Made by a program: the position numbers and the translations under genes. Shown here piece by piece: positions 16,853 to 23,452 of a DNA stretch of 23,452 nucleotides; within the stretch, counting starts at the first letter, position 1; the number at the start of each line of letters is the position of its first letter. The DNA comes from Myxococcales bacterium. Its GTDB lineage: Bacteria; Myxococcota; Myxococcia; Myxococcales; Anaeromyxobacteraceae. The stretch spans positions 1-23,452 of the forward strand of contig JBBQEB010000050.1 of NCBI GenBank assembly GCA_038320275.1, in the 5' to 3' direction. Under the pieces are notes generated by a model, which did not search any database, had not been told where the DNA came from, and saw only the letters and a program-made list of their open reading frames with translations.

Positions 16853-17928
16853 CGGAAGTCGAGCGCGAAGAGGTCGCCCGCGTTCGAGAGCGCGTAGGCC
16901 CGGTCTCCCCGCGCGGCGAGCCCCGCCGAGACGCCGGTGCCCGGGTCGAACACGCGCAAGAGCCGCCCGCTGGCGGCCTCCAGCCACAACAGCCCCTTCG
17001 TGTTGGGTACGATCACCCGGCCCGCCGCGATGATGGGGTCGCCCGCCGGCTGGCCCTGCAGAGGCGTCGTCCAGCGCGTCGAGCCGTCCTGCGGCGAGAT
17101 GCCGATCACTTGGGTGGTGGTGACGGCCACCAGGAGCCCGCCGCCGAGCGCGAGCCGCGCCGCGCCGGGGGTTCGGAGCTCCCAGAGCTGGCGCCCGGTC
17201 TCGCTGTCGAGCCCGAGCACCGCCCCGGAGTAGGCGGCCGCGAAGACGCGCGAGCCCTGCGCCCGCAGCGCATCGACGTCCATGAAGTCTGCCTTCGGCG
17301 CGACCTTGCGCTCCCAGCGGACGGCTCCCGTCGCGACCTCCAGCGCCGCGACGGTGCCATCGGCGTAGGCGGCCAGGGCGAGCCCGCCGGAGAGGGTCAC
17401 CGCGGCCGCTCCGCGGATGGTGAAGCCCTCCCGCACCTCCCGGCGATGGTGCCACTTCCAGGCGCCGCTGGCCGCGTCCACCGCCACCAGCGTGTCCTGC
17501 AGCGTCATGACGAGCACGGTGCCCTGGGAGACGGCGGGAGTCGTGCCCACCTCCTCGCCGGCGTCGTAGCTCCACCGCACCTTGCCTGTCCCGAGCTCGA
17601 CCGCGTAGAGCCGGCCATCGGCCGAGCCGACGTACGCGGTGGAGGCCTCGATGCGAGCGGGTGCATCGAAGCGCCCCCCCGCCTTGACGTCCCACAGCCT
17701 GCGCCCCTCCTGGTCGAGCGCGTGCAGCCAGCCGTCGCGCGTGCCTACCACCACGGTGCCGGTCAGCGCGTCGACGGCGGGGCCGCCCAGCTCGGCGGGC
17801 CGATACTCCAGGAGCCCCGGCGGGACGAGCTGGCGATGCCAGCGCACCTGCCAGAGCATCACCGGAGGCGGCGGGAGCTGCGTGACCAGCCCGGCCTGCG
17901 CCGCCAGCACCAGCGCGAGGAGGGTCAT
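16849..17928 (-). CDS. bamB: PQQ-like beta-propeller protein, BamB-like
   Basis: Repeated DGxLxAL/VDxxTGxxxW blades, and position directly downstream of a yfgM-like gene. Confidence 0.75.
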   Translation of the reverse strand: MTLLALVLAAQAGLVTQLPPPPVMLWQVRWHRQLVPPGLLEYRPAELGGPAVDALTGTVVVGTRDGWLHALDQEGRRLWDVKAGGRFDAPARIEASTAYVGSADGRLYAVELGTGKVRWSYDAGEEVGTTPAVSQGTVLVMTLQDTLVAVDAASGAWKWHHRREVREGFTIRGAAAVTLSGGLALAAYADGTVAALEVATGAVRWERKVAPKADFMDVDALRAQGSRVFAAAYSGAVLGLDSETGRQLWELRTPGAARLALGGGLLVAVTTTQVIGISPQDGSTRWTTPLQGQPAGDPIIAAGRVIVPNTKGLLWLEAASGRLLRVFDPGTGVSAGLAARGDRAYALSNAGDLFALDFR

Positions 17929-18651
17929 CTACTTCGCCCCGAGGCGGGCCAGCCGCTCCTGCACCTCGCCCGCCAGCGGCGAGGTCTTCGAGATCGCGTC
18001 CAGCGACTTGCGCGCTTCCTCCACCTTGCCCGCCTTGGCGAGCAGGCGCGCGCGCTCCAGCGCCGCGCGGTCGCGGAAGAGCTCGAGCCCCCCGGCCGCC
18101 TCGTAGGCCTTGGCGGCCCCATCCAGATCGCCCTTGCCCTCCAGCGCGCGGGCGAGGCCGTCGCTGGCGCTGAACCGCAGCGAGTCGCCTTCGCCCGCGC
18201 CGTCCAGAAAGGCGCGGTAGGCCGCCGCCGCCTCGTCCCACTTGCCCATCCCGAGCTGCGCGTCGCCCTCGAGCAGCGCAGCGGTGACTGCGGCGCGAGA
18301 CCCGCCGTGCTCCTTGCGCACCGCCTGCGCGGCGGCGAGCAGCGCAGCGTTCTTGTCGGCAGCCGTCTTGTAGATGGGCCGGCCCGCGTTCGGGAGCGGG
18401 ATGCTCGACACGTCGCCGCCCGCGATCTCGAGCGCCCTGGAGAGCTGGGCTCCGGCCGCCGCGCGGCTGCTCTCCCGGTAAGACGAGATGCCGACCACCG
18501 CCGCCAGCACCGCGACGAGCGCCACCACCCCGGCCAGGATCACCTTCTGCCGCTTGCCCGCCCACTCCGCGGCCTCCGCCAGGGCGAGCTGGAAGTGATC
18601 GGGGCCCTTCATCTCCTTGCGGGTGAGCTCGTGGGTGGGCTTCTGCGGCAT
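17929..18651 (-). CDS. yfgM: membrane-anchored TPR protein, YfgM-like
   Basis: N-terminal ELTRKEMKGPDHF, single TM helix (VILAGVVALVAVLAAVVGI) and TPR helices. yfgM-bamB synteny. Confidence 0.75.
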   Translation of the reverse strand: MPQKPTHELTRKEMKGPDHFQLALAEAAEWAGKRQKVILAGVVALVAVLAAVVGISSYRESSRAAAGAQLSRALEIAGGDVSSIPLPNAGRPIYKTAADKNAALLAAAQAVRKEHGGSRAAVTAALLEGDAQLGMGKWDEAAAAYRAFLDGAGEGDSLRFSASDGLARALEGKGDLDGAAKAYEAAGGLELFRDRAALERARLLAKAGKVEEARKSLDAISKTSPLAGEVQERLARLGAK

Positions 18652-18688
18652 GCGTCCTCAGGGGTGCGAAAAGGGGCGAAAGCGGGGC

Positions 18689-18718
18689 AATCTAGGCGTG
18701 TGCGGCGGGAAGGGTCAA
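18689..18718 (-). promoter_or_regulatory. sigma70-type promoter of yfgM-bamB-mutT
   Basis: Minus strand TTGACC (18718-18713), N18, TAGATT (18694-18689). Confidence 0.6.
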
Positions 18719-18911
18719 GCGCGCGAGGTCACAGCGGAGCCCGCTGGGTGTGAGCACGTCGCGAGGCACACGATGCCGTCGACGAGCCGGGCGCACGAGG
18801 AGGGAGCAGCGGAGGCGTACCTGGAAGGTACGTCGAGCAGCGGACCGAAGAGTCTGCCCGGCGCAGGCAGGCAGCGTGAGCCGCAGCAGGGATCATATCA
18901 AGCGGTCTCCG

Positions 18912-19808
18912 CTATCCATCGCGGCTCCATCCACCGTGCTTCGCCCACTCCTCCTCGTCGTCCAGCGTGAAGCGGAGCACGTCCACCACCTCGCTCGGCG
19001 CGGCGGGGATCACGAGCTTGCGGCCGTCGATGTACAGGGTCGGCGTCCCCTGCAGGCCCGCCGCGCGCGCCTCGGCCTGCGAGGCGAGGATGCGGTCCTT
19101 GTGTTTGCCGGACGCGAGCGCCTTGGCGAGGTCGTCCGGGTCTCCGCCCGCCTCGCGCGCGCGGGCGGCGAGGTCCTCGTCGGAGAGCTCGTGCGGATGC
19201 TCGAAGAGCCCGTCGTGCATCTTCCAGAAGACCCCCGCGTCGCGGGCCCACTCGGCCGCGAGGGCCGCCTCCATCGACCGCTCGTGCGAGGACAGCGGGA
19301 AGGGCTTGAAGTACAGCCGCACCCGGCCCGGATTGTCGGCCACGAACCGCTCCAGCTCGGGGCGCAGCGCCTGGCAGAAGGGGCAGGTGAAGTCGGAGAA
19401 CTCGACGATGGCGACGCGCGCGTCCGGTTTTCCGAGGGCCGGCCCGAAGGCGGCCACGTCGAGCTTGGCGCGCTTCTTCCTGTCGAAGCCAGCGTAGTAC
19501 TCGGTGAGGATCTTCTCCACCTCGGGCGCGCCGAGATTCTGTGCCGCGAGCCGCGCAGCGAGCGAGGCCATCCTGGGCGCGTGCTTGCAGCTCCGGTGCT
19601 CGCGCACGCAGCCGCCGAGGGTGTGAGGGCAACCGCAGTGGCAGAAGGCGTGCTTCGCCACCTTGGCGAGCACCTCGCGCTGCGGCGCGGTGAGCGCGCT
19701 CGCGTCGACCCCGGGAAGGTCGGTCTCGATTGGGTCGGCCGCGCGCGCGTGCGGCGGGAGCAGGGCGAGGACGAGCCCGGCGGCGAGAGCCTGGAAAGCG
19801 ACGTTCAT
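18912..19808 (-). CDS. exported DsbA/thioredoxin-fold protein with Cys-rich N-terminal domain
   Basis: Signal peptide ending ARA-A, FCHCGC...GGC...SC domain, IVEFSDFTCPFC, FPLSSH, GLQGTPTLYIDG. GGAGG RBS and a TACAAT -10 box (19834-19829). Confidence 0.88.
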   Translation of the reverse strand: MNVAFQALAAGLVLALLPPHARAADPIETDLPGVDASALTAPQREVLAKVAKHAFCHCGCPHTLGGCVREHRSCKHAPRMASLAARLAAQNLGAPEVEKILTEYYAGFDRKKRAKLDVAAFGPALGKPDARVAIVEFSDFTCPFCQALRPELERFVADNPGRVRLYFKPFPLSSHERSMEAALAAEWARDAGVFWKMHDGLFEHPHELSDEDLAARAREAGGDPDDLAKALASGKHKDRILASQAEARAAGLQGTPTLYIDGRKLVIPAAPSEVVDVLRFTLDDEEEWAKHGGWSRDG

Positions 19809-19904
19809 GGAGCCTCCGACGGCGGGGGATTGTAAGGCGCTCGGATGCGCTCCGCCCTGCTCGTCGCACGGCGGGCATGGCGCCGTCCCGATAGATCGAG
19901 GCGC

Positions 19905-21677
19905 ATGCAGCGGTTGGAGGGACGAGGCGAGCGGGGTGCCGTTCACAAGGAGCGGGGCGGCCGCTTGCGCGTCGCGCTCGTGTATCCCAATGCCTATCGG
20001 CTGGGGATGGCGAACCTCGGCTTTCACGCCGTCTATCGCCTCTTCAACGACCATCCGCGCGCGCTGTGCGAGCGTGCCTTCCTCCCGGAGGAGCCCGGTG
20101 CGGAGCCGCTCACCCTCGAGTCCCGGAGCCCGCTCTCCGCCTTCGACGTGGTGGCCTTTTCCCTCTCCTTCGAGGAAGACTACGGGCACGTGCTCGCCCT
20201 GCTCGACCGCGCCGGCCTGCCGCTCCGGGCCGAGGCGCGCGGGGCGGGGCACCCGCTCGTGGTCGGGGGCGGCATCGCGGTGCAGATCAACCCGGAGCCC
20301 GTCGCCCCTTTCTTCGACCTCTTCCTGGTGGGGGAGGGCGAGGAGCTGTGCGGGCCGCTGGTGGAGCGGCTCCTCGAGCTGGGCGGCCAGGACCTCGCCC
20401 GCGGCGAGCTGCTCGCCGGGCTGACCAGTGTGCCCGGCGCGTACGTGCCCTCCCTGTACGATGTGGCGTACGCCGACACGCGCGCGGGTGCGGGAGAGTG
20501 GGTCACTCGCTTCCAGCCGCGAGGGGACGCGCCTTGGCGGGTGAAGCGGCGCTACGTCGCCGACCTGCGCCAGATCGCCACCTCGCGCGTGCTCGACTCG
20601 CCAGACGCCCAGTTCGGCGACCTCTTCCTCACCGAGGTGGCCCGCGGCTGCCTGTGGGGCTGCCGCTTCTGCGCCGCCGGCTTCGTGCAGCGGCCCTATC
20701 GCGAGGTGGACCTCGAGGTGCTGCGGCGCGAGGCGCGCAAGGGCATCGCCCAGGGCATGCGGGTGGGGCTGGTCGGGCCGGACACCAGCGACTACACAGG
20801 GCTCGACGCGCTCACCTGCACCATCGGCGCGGAGGGGGGCTCCTTCAGCCCGTCGTCCTTGCGCGTCGATGCCATCACGCCGGAGCTGGCGGGCCGGCTC
20901 GCGGCAGGCGGCGAGCGCTCCATCACCATCGCCCCCGAGGCCGGGACCGAGCGGCTGCGCCGGGTCATCAACAAGGACTTCCCCGACGACATGGTGGTGC
21001 AGGCGGCCGCCAACGCGCTCGGGAAGGGGATGCAGCACGTGAAGATGTACTTCATGTGCGGGCTCCCCACCGAGACCGAGGAGGACGTGCTGGGGATGGC
21101 GCGCCTCGCGGTGCGCATCCGTGAGGAGGTCATGCTGCCGAAGGCGAAGGTCACCGGGCGCATGGGCCGCATCACCCTCTCGGTGAACCCGTTCATCCCC
21201 AAGCCGTGGACCCCGTTCCAGTGGGCACCCATGGAGGACCGGGGCTGCCTGGAGGCGAAGCGGCGGCTGCTCGAAAAGGAGCTGCGGCCCAAGGGCATCG
21301 CGGTCGAGCTGTTCAGCCCGCGGGAGGCCTTCCTGCAGGCGCTCCTCTCCCGCGGCGACCGGCGCTGCGCCGACCTGCTCGAGCTCGCGCACCGCGAGAC
21401 GGGGGGTGACCTCAAGAAGGCGCTCGCGCTCTGGCCGCACGACCCGAAGTTCTTCGCGTCGCGGGAGATCGGCGTGGACGAGGCCCTGCCGTGGGACTTC
21501 CTCGACCAGGGGCTGACGAAGCGATACCTCGCGCGCGAGCTGCGCCGCGGTCTCGGCTCGCAGGTCACGCCCAAGTGCGCGCTCGACACCTGCCGCGCCT
21601 GCGGCCTCGCCTGCGCGGACCACGCCGAGCTGGCCCTCCCGCCCCGAGCTCCTGCGGAAGTGACCGCGGCAGGCTGA
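19905..21677 (+). CDS. radical SAM protein (TIGR03960/YgiQ-like)
   Basis: VALVYPNAYRLGMANLG, EVARGCLWGCRFC (CxxxCxxC), SLRVD, TIAPEAGTERLR, YFMCGLPTE, FIPKPWTPFQW. Confidence 0.9.
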   Translation: MQRLEGRGERGAVHKERGGRLRVALVYPNAYRLGMANLGFHAVYRLFNDHPRALCERAFLPEEPGAEPLTLESRSPLSAFDVVAFSLSFEEDYGHVLALLDRAGLPLRAEARGAGHPLVVGGGIAVQINPEPVAPFFDLFLVGEGEELCGPLVERLLELGGQDLARGELLAGLTSVPGAYVPSLYDVAYADTRAGAGEWVTRFQPRGDAPWRVKRRYVADLRQIATSRVLDSPDAQFGDLFLTEVARGCLWGCRFCAAGFVQRPYREVDLEVLRREARKGIAQGMRVGLVGPDTSDYTGLDALTCTIGAEGGSFSPSSLRVDAITPELAGRLAAGGERSITIAPEAGTERLRRVINKDFPDDMVVQAAANALGKGMQHVKMYFMCGLPTETEEDVLGMARLAVRIREEVMLPKAKVTGRMGRITLSVNPFIPKPWTPFQWAPMEDRGCLEAKRRLLEKELRPKGIAVELFSPREAFLQALLSRGDRRCADLLELAHRETGGDLKKALALWPHDPKFFASREIGVDEALPWDFLDQGLTKRYLARELRRGLGSQVTPKCALDTCRACGLACADHAELALPPRAPAEVTAAG

Positions 21678-21695
21678 CCGCGGACCCGGTCGCGC

Positions 21696-22643
21696 TCAGC
21701 TCACGTCCAGCACCACCCGCCCGGTGGGGTGGGCGCCCGCGAGGTAGGCCTGGGCCGCGGCGGCCTCGGCGAGCGGAAAGACGCGGTCCACCACCACCCG
21801 CAGCTTTCCGGCATCTGCCAGCGCCGCCAGCTCCTCGAGGTCCTTGGCCCGCGGCCGCACCATTGCGATGTGCCCGCGCAGCCCCGACCGCCGAAGGCGT
21901 AGCACCTTGGCGAAGGAGCCGGGCGTGGGCGTGGTGCTCATGTAGATGCCGCGGGGGGCGAGGAGCCTCCGCACGCTCGCGAGCGAGAGCGTGCCGGCGG
22001 CGTCCAGGATGACCTCCACCGGCCCGGCAGCGCCCACGTCGTCCTCCGCGTAGTCGAGCGCCCGGTTCGCGCCGAGCTCCCGGACGAGGGCGCCGTTGCG
22101 GGCGCTGGCGACGCCGATCACCTCGCAGCCGCGCGCGCGGGCGAGCTGCACCGCGAGGCCTCCCACCGCCCCCGAGGCGCCGTTCACCAGCACGCGCTGC
22201 CCCGCCTCGACCTGCGCCACGTCGCGCAGGAGCTGGAGCGCGGTCACCCCGCCCACCGGAAGTCCCGCAGCCTCGATGAAGGACAGCCTCACGGGCTTCC
22301 TCGCCAGCCAGCCCTCGCGCAGGCAGGCCCACTCGGCGTAGGCGCCGCCGTTCAGGGTGGAGGGGAGCGCCCCGTACACCTCGTCGCCCGGGATGAAGCG
22401 CGCCGCGCCCTCGCCCAACTCGTCCACCACCCCGGCCAGCTCCAGCCCGGCGATGGCGGCGCCGCGCAGGAGGCGCAGCCCGGCGATGAGCAGGCGCGAG
22501 CTGCGGATGAGCCGGTCGGAGGCGTTCACGCCCGCGGCGCGCACCCGCACCAGGACCTCCCCTTTGCGCGGTCGCGCCGTCGATACCTCGGCCAGCTCCA
22601 GGACCTCCGGGCCTCCGCTTCGGCGGGCGACGATGGCTCTCAT
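21696..22643 (-). CDS. NAD(P)H:quinone reductase-like MDR oxidoreductase (zinc-free)
   Basis: GGPEVLEL, VLVRVRAAGVN, GAYAEW, VLVNGASGAVG, VVDRVFPLAEAAAA, GRVVL. Confidence 0.9.
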   Translation of the reverse strand: MRAIVARRSGGPEVLELAEVSTARPRKGEVLVRVRAAGVNASDRLIRSSRLLIAGLRLLRGAAIAGLELAGVVDELGEGAARFIPGDEVYGALPSTLNGGAYAEWACLREGWLARKPVRLSFIEAAGLPVGGVTALQLLRDVAQVEAGQRVLVNGASGAVGGLAVQLARARGCEVIGVASARNGALVRELGANRALDYAEDDVGAAGPVEVILDAAGTLSLASVRRLLAPRGIYMSTTPTPGSFAKVLRLRRSGLRGHIAMVRPRAKDLEELAALADAGKLRVVVDRVFPLAEAAAAQAYLAGAHPTGRVVLDVS

Positions 22644-22723
22644 GGCCGCGCTCGTAACGCCGCCCACCCCCGGGAGGCAAGGCGCCACGGTGACGGAGGA
22701 TGCGCGGCGGTTAGAAAGGCTCG

Positions 22724-23173
22724 GTGACCCTCGACGACGCCATGGAGGAGGCGCTCTCCATGGCGCGGGCAGCCGGCGAGGCGGGCGAGGTGCCGGTCGG
22801 CGCGGTCGCGCTGCACGGGGGCGAGATCGTCGGACGCGGCGCCAACCGGCGGGAGGGCGCGCGCGATCCGACCGCACACGCGGAGCTCCTGGCCTTGCAG
22901 GAGGCGGCCCGCGCCCTCGGGCGCTGGCGGCTCTCCGGGGTGACGCTCGTCGCCACGCTCGAGCCCTGCGCCATGTGCGCGGGGGCGATGGTGCTCGCGC
23001 GCATCGACCGGCTCGTCTACGCCGCCGCGGACCCGAAGGCCGGCGCGGTGGGATCGCTCCTCGACCTCTCGCAGGACGCCCGCCTCAACCACCGCTTCCC
23101 CGTCGAGCGGGGCCTGCGGGCAGATGAAGCAGGGAGGCTCTTGCGGGCGTTTTTCAGGGGGAGGCGGGGTTAG
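22724..23173 (+). CDS. tadA: tRNA-specific adenosine deaminase
   Basis: GEVPVGAV, DPTAHAE, WRL, TLEPCAMCAGA, DPKAGAVGS, LNH, LLRAFF. Confidence 0.95.
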   Translation: MTLDDAMEEALSMARAAGEAGEVPVGAVALHGGEIVGRGANRREGARDPTAHAELLALQEAARALGRWRLSGVTLVATLEPCAMCAGAMVLARIDRLVYAAADPKAGAVGSLLDLSQDARLNHRFPVERGLRADEAGRLLRAFFRGRRG

Positions 23174-23225
23174 CGCGGGGCGTCGCGCTTGCGCTTCCCC
23201 TGTCCGATCGGCTACATCCGCGCGC

Positions 23226-23313
23226 GGAGAGCTGGCCGAGTTGGTCTAAGGCGCCTGACTCGAAATCAGGTGTACCGGCAACGGTACCGTGGGTTCGAAT
23301 CCCCCGCTCTCCG
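23226..23313 (+). tRNA. tRNA-Ser (anticodon CGA)
   Basis: Acceptor GGAGAGC/GCTCTCC with G discriminator, anticodon arm CCTGA-CTCGAAA-TCAGG, long variable arm GTACCG-GCAA-CGGTAC, T-loop TTCGAAT. CCA is not encoded. Confidence 0.95.
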
Positions 23314-23318
23314 TATTC

Positions 23319-23452
23319 GAACGATCAGGCGGCAGTGCGGTTCGTGAGAGATTCGCCAGGATCTTGCGAGTGAAGGGGCAGCCGGATGAGGCTGCCCCGG
23401 AACGAGCGGGCGGCAGTGCGGTTCGTGAGTGAGTCGCCAGTATCTTGCGAGT
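23319..23452. repeat. 53-bp direct repeat (period 81) with a hairpin between copies; may continue beyond the window
   Basis: 23319-23371 and 23400-23452 match at 48/53. The spacer contains GGGGCAGCC-GGATGA-GGCTGCCCC (23375-23398). Confidence 0.85.

Noticed and set aside
23319..23452. CRISPR array
   Set aside because: Only two imperfect 53-bp copies, the hairpin is in the spacer rather than the repeat, and there are no cas genes in the window.

Overview
Very GC-rich chromosomal window, most likely from an Anaeromyxobacter-like myxobacterium (inferred from gene content and style). The left arm holds a GAF/HisKA sensor kinase divergent from a short-chain acyl-CoA operon (hbd, crt, two acyl-CoA dehydrogenases), then a Cys-rich MerR regulator and a tautomerase. 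A 28-bp XerC/XerD dif-type site lies at 8117-8144. It is followed by a patchwork accessory region (about 8.1-14.9 kb) with livG and toxin-antitoxin remnants, an RsrR-like Rrf2 regulator plus SDR, a TetR regulator, a DUF4185 protein, a Zn-dependent dehydrogenase and an O-methyltransferase, punctuated by four copies of a 23-bp palindrome. The main find is an ORF that the ORF track truncates: 8417-9010 reads MRFLFRSSGFS-UGA-GPVAGLG-UGA-GSVLAPVL... Both UGAs sit at metal-binding Cys-like positions of an HMA-like fold, and each is followed exactly 11 nt later by a SECIS-like hairpin, so this is a candidate double-selenocysteine protein. The right arm is mostly housekeeping: frnE, a lipoprotein, mutT-bamB-yfgM, a DsbA-like protein, a radical SAM protein, an MDR oxidoreductase, tadA and tRNA-Ser(CGA), followed by a 53-bp direct repeat cut by the window edge. 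All family calls come from motif recognition by eye, without database searches.
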